NCBI GenBank assembly: GCA_016281925.1
Contig: JAEEJP010000034.1
Span: 33,665-97,664, forward strand
Length of the DNA stretch: 64,000 nt
Source of the DNA: Methanomassiliicoccaceae archaeon
GTDB lineage: Archaea > Thermoplasmatota > Thermoplasmata > Methanomassiliicoccales > Methanomethylophilaceae
Direction: 5' to 3'
The translations under genes and the position numbers were made by a program. The number at the start of each line of letters is the position of its first letter. The stretch's first letter is position 1. This document shows positions 10,569-21,700 of this stretch, in pieces. Under the pieces are notes generated by a model. The model ran no database searches and was not told the DNA's origin. It saw only the letters and a program-made list of their open reading frames with translations.

Positions 10569-11851
10569 TTCTTACCGTCCCTTCGGCGATATCCCATCAG
10601 AAGGTCGGTGTCGAACCGCCCCATCAGCATGGAATTCCCGTCCTCGTCATATACGTCATACAACGAATATATTTGGTCGATTGTTTCCTTCAGCTCCTCG
10701 GGCGAATCAGCGACGGCGAAGAATCTGCAGGCTATCTGCCTCAGGGTCCCTTCGCCGGAGATCTCGTCGCCCTCGTCATAGCAGGGGCTGACTCTGATCA
10801 CCCTGTCCAAACGGCCTATGGGACCGAGGCCGGCTATCCTGCCTATCTTCCCCGGTCTGGCAAGGACGGACAGCTTGCATCCCCAGCGGCCGCCCAGCAT
10901 CGGATCCGCTCTGCCGGAGATGCGGGAGCAGGACATGCGGCCTTCCATGGCATACTCTATCATCATCCTCTTGGTATCTATGCCGCAGGCCTCCGAGAAG
11001 ATGTAATGCTCCTGCGCCCCGCTGAGGCGGTATCCGGATTCGTAGAATGCTATCTTCCCGCTCGCGTCCGCGAACCCCTGGAGAAACATCACGCCGTCTC
11101 TGACGCCGGCTCTGCGGAACATCCCCTTGACGGCCCCGTCCTCCGATTCCATATATTTCCTGGTATGCTTCGAAGGGAAGACGTATGAGGTCGGGAGCTG
11201 GGCGAAGGATTGCATCTCATGGTTCGTGTAGCGGTCGCATAAGCCTAGGAGAACCGGCTCGCCGTCCTGGAACGCATAATAGACGACGACTTCCTGCCCG
11301 GACATGTACCTCTCGATCAGGGCTCTTCCCGAGCGCGAAAAACTGAGGGCTTCCTCGACCGCCGGCCGCAGGCCGCCGCGATCGTAGCAGACGGTTATCC
11401 CTCTGGATCCGCTGCTGTCCGCGGGCTTGACGATGAGCGGGAATCCGTCCGCGGGAAAATCCTCAATGCTTTCCCGGCTGTATATGCCTCCGCCCACCGT
11501 CGGAACGCCGCATCCCTCGCATAAGCTTTTGAAGGACTGCTTGTCGGAGAAAAGGCGCAGAAGCTCCCCGCTGGCATAGCAAGGCATATCCAGATCCGTG
11601 CATACCTTGCGGTAGACCCCCATGAGCATCTCGACCGCGCCCAGCACCACGCCGTCGACGCCTTCCGAACTGGCGATCTCCTCTATCTGATCCGCGTCAG
11701 TGCCGTCCACGTCGTAAGATCTGCGCGCATATCTCTTGGCATAAGCCTTGGGATCCGCATCGACGACCACGGTCTCAAGCCCCATGGAATTGGCTGTTTC
11801 GACCAATCCCGCCGTGGCAGAATTCCCGCCTATGACAAGCAACCGCGCCAT
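10565..11851 (-). CDS. ATP-grasp ligase (CGA at 10583-10585 may be the real end)
   Basis: DKQSFK, PLIVKPADSSGSRGI, LIERYM.G.E, FYE.GYRLSG. Confidence 0.85.
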   Translation of the reverse strand: MARLLVIGGNSATAGLVETANSMGLETVVVDADPKAYAKRYARRSYDVDGTDADQIEEIASSEGVDGVVLGAVEMLMGVYRKVCTDLDMPCYASGELLRLFSDKQSFKSLCEGCGVPTVGGGIYSRESIEDFPADGFPLIVKPADSSGSRGITVCYDRGGLRPAVEEALSFSRSGRALIERYMSGQEVVVYYAFQDGEPVLLGLCDRYTNHEMQSFAQLPTSYVFPSKHTRKYMESEDGAVKGMFRRAGVRDGVMFLQGFADASGKIAFYESGYRLSGAQEHYIFSEACGIDTKRMMIEYAMEGRMSCSRISGRADPMLGGRWGCKLSVLARPGKIGRIAGLGPIGRLDRVIRVSPCYDEGDEISGEGTLRQIACRFFAVADSPEELKETIDQIYSLYDVYDEDGNSMLMGRFDTDLLMGYRRRDGKK

Positions 11852-12026
11852 AAGCATTAATCGGAAACAGAGGTCATTATGCTTTCGGGCTGATTGTTGG
11901 GGCAACCTGATGGACGTACCATCTTGCTTGTCCCTGCGAAGCCGGAGGACAACCCGCAATCTCAGAAATATACCAGAACTGCGATGCTTCGCGTACCGGG
12001 CTTTCCCGGAGCAGAGAGGGACGCGG

Positions 12027-13742
12027 ATGAACGCGAACGCTGGGATGGAAGACGGGGCCGTTCAGGCCGCCGGGACGCTGGATAATCTGCGCTGCAGCGC
12101 TATGGCAGGCTCCGCCGAAGCGGCGGTCAAGCTGTTCGATGCCCTCCGCGCATCCAAGAGCCCCGAAGACAGGGACGAAGCGTTCCGCATCATAGAGCCG
12201 TTCGCGGAATCGGGGGACATACAGTCGATCATACGCATGGCGAAAGCATACAACCAAGGGATCGGAACCGAAAGGAACGAAGCCGCGGCGGTATCATGGA
12301 TGAAATCCGCCGCGGACCGCGGATCTATGACTGCCGCCTGCATGCTCTACGACATCCTTTCGCTCTCGGACGACCCCGCATTCCGGGATCTGGCATGCGG
12401 ATACCTGATGGAATCCCGCGATACCGGCGCATTGTGCGCCCAGCTCCGCCTGATGTCCGCCCATCTGCACGGATACGGGACCGAAAAAGACCCGGAAAAA
12501 GCCGCGGAATACCTCGGCCGTGCGGAAGAGCTCCCGCCCAACTGGAAAAAGGAGCTCCCTCTGCTTGCGTTGGAGCTCATGCGCCGGGGGAACGGTGCAC
12601 TGGAAGCGGCAGAAAAAAGCCGCCTGGATCAGACTGACACCGAAACAGCGAGATATCTCGGGGAGCATTCGGCCGACCGCATGTTCCTGGCCCTTCTGGA
12701 GACCTGTCTCGGAGAGCCTTCGTCTTACGCCGGACTCATTGAAAACTCAGAGAATCCCGGGAAACTCATGGAAGAAGACTTCCAGGCGGTCCTGGATGCC
12801 ATGATGGAATACGGGGCTTCCGGCCTTCTGGACAGCAAAAATGCCTCGGAAACCCTCAACAGAGCCATGGACGCCGCCTTTGATGCTGGCCTGATATCCA
12901 AAGACGGCATAGGCAGCATATTCCGGTCGATGAGGATCGACGATCCCAGGGTCCATACCATCCAGAAAGGTCTCAAAGCCATGCTCAGAATGCTGGACAG
13001 GAAGTGCAAAGCGCTCGGCATCGACTACATGATCGCCTGCGGAACCCTTCTGGGATCCGCGCGCCACGGCGGATTCATTCCCTGGGACGACGACATCGAC
13101 CTCTACATGATGCGCGAAGACTACGACAGGCTCGCCGGAGCTCTCGAGAACGATCCGGAAATGAAAGCCAAAGAGTTCGTCTACATCAGCGCGATGGGGA
13201 ACGGCGTCAATTACACCCGCCAGATCCAGCTCAGGGACGTGAATCCCAGGGCGCTGCACCTCGACGTGATGGTCTTCGACAGCGTCAGATCCGCGGATGA
13301 CGACGGATGGGAGGAATACAGGGATTACATAGCCGGATGGCGCGCGAGAATCGACGCTCTGGCGAAAGACGACCGCGACAAAGGAGCCAATCCTGTCAGA
13401 GACCCCAGAATCATCGGCGCGTATGAAGAGGCCAAGAAGAATTTCTCGAAGGATCTGGGAGGGCCGGATGGGGATGCCGTAGCTCTGTCGTTCGACAACC
13501 CTGTTGCGCGCCCGAAAAGGAAGCTTTTCGACAGGTCAGACTTCTTCCCGGTGAAGGACCTGAAATTCGAGGATCTCACCCTCAGCGGCCCGAACAACGG
13601 CGGAAAGATCATGGAACACCTTTACGGCGACATTATGAGGTTCCCATCGGCTCTACTGAGCCGCAGGCATTCCGACTGGAACGAGTCCGACCAGGCGGAG
13701 ATCAAAAGATTCCTGAGAAATCTGGGGGAGCCCGACATCTGA
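12027..13742 (+). CDS. SEL1-like repeat + LicD-family phosphotransferase fusion
   Basis: N-terminal SEL1 (AYNQGIGTERNEAAAVSWMKSAA); GTLLGSARHGGFIPWDDDID LicD signature; start position uncertain. Confidence 0.85.
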   Translation: MNANAGMEDGAVQAAGTLDNLRCSAMAGSAEAAVKLFDALRASKSPEDRDEAFRIIEPFAESGDIQSIIRMAKAYNQGIGTERNEAAAVSWMKSAADRGSMTAACMLYDILSLSDDPAFRDLACGYLMESRDTGALCAQLRLMSAHLHGYGTEKDPEKAAEYLGRAEELPPNWKKELPLLALELMRRGNGALEAAEKSRLDQTDTETARYLGEHSADRMFLALLETCLGEPSSYAGLIENSENPGKLMEEDFQAVLDAMMEYGASGLLDSKNASETLNRAMDAAFDAGLISKDGIGSIFRSMRIDDPRVHTIQKGLKAMLRMLDRKCKALGIDYMIACGTLLGSARHGGFIPWDDDIDLYMMREDYDRLAGALENDPEMKAKEFVYISAMGNGVNYTRQIQLRDVNPRALHLDVMVFDSVRSADDDGWEEYRDYIAGWRARIDALAKDDRDKGANPVRDPRIIGAYEEAKKNFSKDLGGPDGDAVALSFDNPVARPKRKLFDRSDFFPVKDLKFEDLTLSGPNNGGKIMEHLYGDIMRFPSALLSRRHSDWNESDQAEIKRFLRNLGEPDI

Positions 13743-13827
13743 TTCGAGAGCCGGAGCTTCCGGCATACATCAAAAACGGCCGCTCGGGCCGATGGAAAAG
13801 GCGGGGAATGATCCCCGCCGTTTATGT

Positions 13828-14889
13828 TCAAAGGATTCCCTTGGCTTTCGCGAGCTCCGCGTTGAGCACGGATCCTCCGGCCCCGCCCCTGAGGGTGTTG
13901 TGGGACATCACGAAGGCTTTGTAGTACCCGTTGCTCTGCCTGAGCCTGCCGACGGTGGAAGCCATCCCTCTCGCGCGCGCAGGGGTTCCCGCCATGGCGT
14001 CGAACGCGGGCTGGGGCCTGTTCTCCTCGGGCCTGACGATGACCGGCTGGTCGGGAGCGGATGGAAGGCGGAGCTTCTGGGGCTCGCCGCGGAATTCCGA
14101 GAGCGCCTTGGACATCTCCTCGAGGGTGGGCTGCTTCTCGAGGTCCAGAACGAGAGACTCCAGATGCCCGTCCACGACCGGGACCCTGGCGCAGTTGGCC
14201 ATGACCTTGAACCCGGCGAAATTGAACTTCCCTCCGGAATAGGTGCCGAGCATCTTCGCCAGCTCCGATTCCATCTTCTCCTCCTCGTGGCTGATGAACG
14301 GCACGACGTTCCCGACCGCGTCCAGAGAAGGAACTCCGGGATATCCGGCGCCGGAAAGAGCCTGATAGGTGGATACGAACACCTGCTTGAGCCCGAAAGC
14401 CCTGTCCAGAGCGACCAGAGGAAGCGCGATCCCGGTCGAAGAGCAGTTGGCGTTTGTGACGATGTACCCCCCGTTCCCGTACGTGCTCTGGTCCTTGATG
14501 GACTCGAAGTGCTCCGGGTTGACCTCGGGTATGAGGATCGGGACATTCTTATCCATCCTGTGGGAGCCGGCGTTGGTGAATACGGCGACGCCCGACTGGG
14601 CGAGATCGGTCTCGGTAGGCCCGGCCAGATCCGACGGGATGCCGCTGAAGGCCACCCTGCAGTTCTTGGATATCTTACCGATGTCCATGACCTCGATGGT
14701 CCTGTCGAGAGTCTCGTCCAGATAAACGTGGTCCCTGACCTTGAGAACGTCGCGGAGCTTCTTGCCCTGCGACCTTTCGGACGCGTACAGCCCCTCGATC
14801 TCGAAATATGGGTGGTCCTCGAGCATCTGGATGAATCTCTGCCCGATCATCCCGGTAGCTCCGAGAACCGCTACGCTGATTTTGCTCAT
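13828..14889 (-). CDS. asd: aspartate-semialdehyde dehydrogenase (archaeal type)
   Basis: LGATGMIGQRF, IPEVN, NANCS, QALSGAG, RVPVVDGH, HNTLRGGAG. Confidence 0.97.
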   Translation of the reverse strand: MSKISVAVLGATGMIGQRFIQMLEDHPYFEIEGLYASERSQGKKLRDVLKVRDHVYLDETLDRTIEVMDIGKISKNCRVAFSGIPSDLAGPTETDLAQSGVAVFTNAGSHRMDKNVPILIPEVNPEHFESIKDQSTYGNGGYIVTNANCSSTGIALPLVALDRAFGLKQVFVSTYQALSGAGYPGVPSLDAVGNVVPFISHEEEKMESELAKMLGTYSGGKFNFAGFKVMANCARVPVVDGHLESLVLDLEKQPTLEEMSKALSEFRGEPQKLRLPSAPDQPVIVRPEENRPQPAFDAMAGTPARARGMASTVGRLRQSNGYYKAFVMSHNTLRGGAGGSVLNAELAKAKGIL

Positions 14890-15029
14890 GTTCGTTCCTC
14901 TGTAGTGGCCGGTGGTTATTCCTAAAATTTATAAATAATTGTGCATAGAAATAAAATAATAATATTCATAAATGAATATCCAAATCCATCCATGACAGCA
15001 AATAATAGGCAGAAACGGCATGCGCCCCC

Positions 15030-15797
15030 GTGTACCCCCGCCTGAGAAACCCATGCATCATCTGTGAAAAGCGTGAAGGGACTATCCGCTGCGAAGACGG
15101 CATGGTATGCGGGGAATGCATGCCTAAGGCATTCCTCCCGGATGCGGCGGGCATAAGCAGAAAAAAGATCGAGTATTACTGGAGGATACACAGAGGCAAG
15201 GGCCTGAGCGCGGGAATCCGGGATTCGAAGCCCAGATACTCCGGAATTCCCTGCCAAACCTTCGCCATCACCCCGGGATGCGGATTCGAGCTGATCGATG
15301 CCTTGGAGGATTCTATATCCCATGCTGATGAGATAGACATGGTGGTATCATTCATCAAAGAATCCGGCCTGAACCTGATGGCCGATTCTCTCCGCGAGAG
15401 GGCGGAAGAGGGCGCGAGAATCCGCGTCATAACCACGACATACATGGGCTCGACGGAAGCTGATGCCGTGATGGAATTGGCCGAGCTCCCCAACACGGAA
15501 GTCAGGATGGAGCTCGAAACCACGGCCGATGACCATATCCATGCGAAAAGCTTCATTTTCGCCGACAAGAACGGCGGAGGAGAGGCATATGTAGGGTCTG
15601 CGAACATATCGAAGAGCGCCCTGACCACAGCGGAGGAATGGGGGATCCGCATATCGGAGAAGGATCTGCCGGCTGTTTTCCGCGGTCTGCGCTCTGCATA
15701 TGATAAACTATGGGAATCGCATTCGCTGGAAACAGTTTCGAAAGGCGACCGCGCCAGAATCGAGAGGGCGCTGAGCAGAAGAGGGATGGGCAGATGA
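15030..15797 (+). CDS. stand-alone PLD-family nuclease with N-terminal Cys-rich (Zn-finger-like) segment
   Basis: CIIC..C....CGEC; VSFIKESG, RVITTTYMG, HIHAKSF, GSANIS; TGA overlaps the ATG of the next gene. Confidence 0.75.
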   Translation: MYPRLRNPCIICEKREGTIRCEDGMVCGECMPKAFLPDAAGISRKKIEYYWRIHRGKGLSAGIRDSKPRYSGIPCQTFAITPGCGFELIDALEDSISHADEIDMVVSFIKESGLNLMADSLRERAEEGARIRVITTTYMGSTEADAVMELAELPNTEVRMELETTADDHIHAKSFIFADKNGGGEAYVGSANISKSALTTAEEWGIRISEKDLPAVFRGLRSAYDKLWESHSLETVSKGDRARIERALSRRGMGR

Positions 15798-18700
15798 AAC
15801 TGAGACTCGAACTGGAGATAAGCAAGATAGGATACGTGCTCTACAGGAATGGGATGAATCCGGTCCTCGCAGCTTCCGCCGAAGCCGAGGAGGACGAGAA
15901 GAACATCACATTCACCCTCAGATCCGATCCCCCTTTCATCAGAAAGATCACTTTCAAGGCCGACGGGATAGCGGCCGGAACGGTCCTGGACCTAAGGGAA
16001 CACTTCAACGTCGCGCTGGATCCGGTCCGTCTGCTGGAAACCGCCGAGACCATGCCCTGCCGCGTCACGCTGGAGGCCGCGGGAGAAGACGGGACGGTCA
16101 AATCCGAATCCTGCGACACCGAGATTCTCCCGTTCGAATACTGGCCGGGCCCGGACAGCCCGGAGCTCATCGCATCGTTCGTGACGCCCAACGCATCCTG
16201 CCTGGCCAGAATCAGGGATTCGGCGTCCGAGACCCTCAGAAGCTGGGGGAAAGACCCCTCCCTCGAAGGCTACGGCGGCGACAGGAACAGAGTGGCCGAG
16301 ATGGCCGCCGCCATATATGACGCCATCCAGAAGCTCAGGATCAAATACATAGTGCCCCCGGCAGGCTTCGAAGCGGACGGGCAGAGGGTGCGTCTCGCGG
16401 ATACCGTCGTATCCGACAGAGAAGGGACGTGCATCGACGTGTCCGTGCTGTACTGCTCGGCTCTGGAGTCAATCGGCCTCAACACGTTCGTCTTCCTGGT
16501 GAAAGGGCATGCGTTCGCGGGATTCTGGCTTGTGGACGACCACATGGCCGATGTCATCTCCATCGACAGCTCGGCGATAACGCGCCTCATACGCAACCGC
16601 GACGCCCGCGCCGTGGAATGCACCTATCTATGCGACGGGCATGCCGCCCCCTTCGATTCGGCCTCCGAAGCCGCCCTCAAGCGCCTGGAAGACGCAGAAT
16701 CGTTCAGCTGCGCGGTCGACATAAGGAAATCCCGCCCGGCGATCAGGCCCCTCCCTACCCGCAGATATGAGAACGGCGTCTGGTCCGTGGAAAAAGACGA
16801 ATTCGACACCCGTTCTTCGGCTCCCAAAGAGGTCGGGGAGGTCTACGAAGCCGCGGAGGACAGGGCGCTGACCCGCGTGGACATCTGGAAACGCGATCTT
16901 CTGGACATCACCACCAGGAACCCGCTCGTAAGCATGAAGGTCGGGGCGAAAGCCGTCCCTCTGCTCGTGGGGAACACCTCGGAGTTCGGGGAAGCCTTCG
17001 CCAAAGGAGCGCAGTTCACGCTGATGCCCAAGCCCCAGGATTGGGACGGCGCCGGGATCTACTCCGAAAGGCCGTTCGAGACCGAGACCTACGTCGGGAA
17101 CTACGCCGGATCGTTCGGAGACGAGCTTTCCAGAGGCTGGATCAGAACCCCGCTGGGCGAAGCGGACACCGTATCCTCGCTGAAATCCATCTACCGCCTG
17201 TACAAGAAAGAGATGGAGGAGAGCGGCTGCAACTCCCTCTTCGTCGCCGTCGGGGTGCTCAGATGGTTCGAAAGCAAGGGGGACAGAATACCCCGCTATT
17301 CGCCGCTGATACTGATCCCGGCGGAGCTCTCCAAGAAACAGAAAGGATACGCCATAGAGCCGTACGACGAGGAAGCGGTGTTCAACGTCACCCTGGCGGA
17401 GAAGCTGCGCCAGGAATACGACATCAGCATACCCGGCATAGATCCGCTTCCCATGGACGACGGCGGCCTGAACGTCGACAGGATCACCCAGAGCGTCCGC
17501 AGATGCATCGAAGGCCTGGAAGGGTGGGAGGTCCTGGACGGCGCCGCGCTGGGCGTCTTCTCGTTCAGCCAGTACGCCATGTGGAAGGACCTCGAGAAGA
17601 ACATGGGGAGGCTGGCCGAGAACCCCGTCGTGGAAGCCATGGTCTCCGGCGGGATATACCATGCGGACCCCGATCTGGAAGCCGACGCGGACCCGTACGG
17701 CCTCTGCCTCACCGTCCCCGCCGACGCTTCCCAGATCAAAGCCGTGAGGGCCGCCAGCGAGGGGAAGACCTTCATCATGCACGGGCCTCCGGGGACCGGG
17801 AAATCCCAGACGATCACCAATATCATAACCGACGCGATCTACCGCGGCAAGACGGTCCTTTTCGTGGCCGAGAAAAGAGCGGCCCTGGACGTCGTCGAGA
17901 AGAGGCTGGACGGCATCGGCATAGGAAACCACTGCCTGGAGCTCCACTCCGACAAAACGGAGAAGTCGAAGGTCCTGGAGCAGCTCAGGAAGGCCATGGA
18001 CCCGTGCAAGGAATACGACGGTTCCAAGCTGGAGGAGACCGTAGCCAAGCTGAATGCGGTAAAAGAGAAGCTGGACGCCTACGTCTCCGACCTCCACAGA
18101 AAGCAGTCATGGGGATTCAGCGCGTACGAATGCATCTCGCTTTACGAGGCCCGCAACGTCGCCGGGGCCAAGGACCTCAGGATTTCCACCGACACCGCCC
18201 TGAGGATGAAGCCGGAGACCATCGGGAACCTGGAGGACGACATAATAAAAGCATGCCAGGCCTACTCCATCGCCTCCGGCATGTGCGACACCGAAGCCCT
18301 GGAATCCATCCACGCAGACGTCCCCGCCGCATCCCTCCAATATGACATCGAAGAGGCGATGGACGAGGCGCTGGCCGCAGCCGACGCGCTGGATGCCGCC
18401 GGGCCCAGGATCGCCGCGGCAGGAATCCTGGGCGATGCGGACCAGGCCGGGAAGGCCGTGTCGATGATCATGTCGGCCGACGCCCGGATGGCTTCCGACC
18501 CCAATCTGGCCCGCATCCCCGAGCTGGTCCCGAGGATCGTCTCGCTCTCCGACTCCATATTCGGGGCCTTCGCCGCCTGGGACCCGAAAGAGGTGCGCCA
18601 GGACGAAGCCGTCAGGATGATGAAGGATTCCGGCGAGCTGTCCGCCCTCGCATCGGAGGCATCGGACGCCGGATGGCTGCCTGCGAACAGCGCCATACGC

Positions 18701-21700
18701 TCGTCCGCGGAAAGCGTCAGAACCTTCTGCTCCAAGCTGATATCGATGAGGCCCGATCTGGACAGGATCGAATCGCAGTGGCGCCCGGAAGTCTACGATT
18801 TCAATTCCTCGTACGACATCAAAAAGGGATGGCACGAAGCGGACGGGAAGGTGCTGTTCAAAAGCGCGGCCAAAAAGAAGTTCATGTCCGACGTATCCAA
18901 AGTCCTGCGCCCGGGCGCGAGCTTCGATTCTCTGGGCATCACCTCAGACATGATCTCTGCGGCCGCCCAGGACTTCAGATCCCTGTCCTCCGTGCCCGGC
19001 AGGATCTCGTCCGCATCCGCAGGGATATTCTCGGAGAGATCCGCCCTCTCGGACATCCTGAACCGCGCAACGAAGACGATAGCCGAAGCGGAATCCGTTG
19101 GGATATCGGCCGGCAGGCTGCACGAGCTGAGGGCCGCGCTTGAAAGCTCAGGCGGAGGCGCCGAGGATTACCAGGCTGCCGTCTCAAGATGGGAGGCCGC
19201 CCGCGACAGGCTCATTTCCATCATGAAGACGGACGCGGACATCTCCCAGCCGGACAGATGCAGGGAATACTGCGGATCGATCCGCCCGTATCTCTCCGGA
19301 GTGTTCGATTGGGCCAACTGGAACTACTATGCTTCCAAGCTCGGGGAAGAGGGTCTGGGAGCTTCCTGCGATGCGATAAGATCGGGGATGGCCGCCGAGG
19401 ACGTGGTCAATTCCACCTACAAATCGCTGTACAGGACGATGATAAACCTCTGCCGCCAGGAATCGGAGTCGCTGCGCATGTTCAACGCCTCCACGTTCGA
19501 AGGGACCATCGAGAGGCTGAGGAAGCTGGACGCCGAATACGCCGAGATCAACAGGAGCCTCCTGAAGTACAGGCTGTACAAGAGCGTCCCCCGCAACATA
19601 GACGGGTCTGTGCCGGATTCCGAGGCGGGGAAAGTGTACAGGGCGGTCAGCGCGGGCCGCATGAAGAAATCCATAAGGACACTGCTGAGCGAGATACCCC
19701 ATATGCTCCCCCGCCTGTGCCCCTGCCTCCTGATGAGCCCCCAGTCGGTGGCCCAATACCTGACGATGGACTATCCGAAGTTCGATCTGGTGATATTCGA
19801 CGAGTCCTCGCAGATTACGACCAGCAAAGCCATAGGGGCGCTGGGGAGAGGCAAAGCGGCGGTCATCGCCGGCGACAGACAGCAGCTCCCGCCGACCAGA
19901 TTCTTCCAGAAGCAGATGGAGACCGAGGAAAGCGAGGAGGAGATCGAAGACATGGAGAGCTTCCTCGAGGACTGCCTCGCGCTGAACATGCCCCAGACCT
20001 ATCTGGAATGGCACTACCGCAGCAGGCACGAGAGCCTGATAACGTTCAGCAACAGGGTCTTCTACGACGGGAAGATGCTCACGTTCCCGTCCCCCAACGA
20101 CCAGGAGACCAAGGTCGGCATGCATTACGTCAGGGAAGGGAAATACCTGAAAGGGAGGCGCTGCAATCCCATCGAAGCCTCCGCGGTCATAGACGAGGTC
20201 TACAGGCGCGTCATGTCCAGAGGATACAAAGGAGAGAGCATAGGGATAATCGCGTTCAGCATCAGCCAGCAGAACTGCATCGAAGACGCCATGGACGAGA
20301 TGACGTCCAAACACCCCAGGTTCCAGCAGAGGCTCGGCAAGATGTCTGAGAGCATGTTCATCAAGAACCTGGAGACCGTCCAGGGGGATGAGAGGGACAT
20401 CATCCTCTTCTCGATAGGATACGGTCCGTCCAGGGACGGGACGGTGGTCCAGAATTTCGGGCCGATCAACCGTCCCGGCGGAGGGCGCAGGCTCAACGTC
20501 GCCGTCTCCCGCGCCAGATGCGAGATGGTCGTGTTCTCGTCCATGAGATACACCGATGTGAAGCTCACGCCGGCTTCCAGCAGCGGGGTCCGCAGCATGA
20601 GGGAATTCCTGAGGTTCGCCGAGAACGACGGCCGCTTCGGGGAGCAGGACCGCGCCAGGCCGGTCGAAGATATGTCCGCCATCATGAAGGACATATCCGA
20701 ATCGCTGGGCGAGATCGGGTACGAATCGCACTTCGGCATTGGCAGCTCCGGATTCAAGGTGGATCTGGCCGTAGTCGACCCCGAAAACCCCCAGGAATAC
20801 ATACTCGGGATCCTCGGAGACGGGGATTCGTACAGGAGATCGGAGAACACCAGGGACAGGGAATTCGCCAGATCCGACGTCCTCGTCAGGCTGGGATGGA
20901 ACATCATGCATGTGTGGTCGGTGGACTGGTTCTTCAACAAGAAGCTGACCCTCAAAAAGATCGAGAACAGAATCGAGGACATACTGGCCAAACGCGCGGA
21001 ATCCGCGGAGGAGGACGGCGGAGAGCTCATCCCGGACGACGCCCCCGCAGATGAGGAACCCAAAGAAGAGAGACCTGAGGGCGCAGTCCCCGGAACAGAG
21101 CCCGAAGAAGGTGAGCCCAAAGACGGAATCCCGGAGGAGACCTCCCAGGAAATCACGTACGATCCCGGAGAGGATATGGGTCAGGACATCCCGGAACCGG
21201 AAGAGGAGGAGCCCAGAAGAAGGACGTACATCCCGCTCAGCCTCCAATTCCCGGACGTCCCCCAGGATCTGGCGCTTTCCGACCGGCAGACGATAGAGGA
21301 GATTGCCGGAAAGATCATCGGGATGGAGTCTCCGGTGAATGAGGAGCAGCTTCTGGCCCTCTACAAGAAATGCGCCGGGATCAAACGCCTCACCGGGCAG
21401 AAAAAGCTGGCTCTCACCGATATCCTCCGCCGGACGTTCGGACCTGAGATCCGCGGGGAATTCGTGACGTATTGGGCGGAAGGGGCGGACAGGAGCATCC
21501 CGACCTACAGGGCTGCCGGATCGCCGGCGGATTCCAGGGACATAGACTGCATCCCCCTGACAGAGATGATGAACGCCTGCGCGGACGTGGTCGAGTCTTC
21601 GGTGTCCATATCGAAAACCTCCTGCGCGCTGGCCGCCGGTAAAGCCCTGGGATTCAAACGCCCCGGGGCCAGCGTCATCGCGATGATGGAGAAAGCCATC

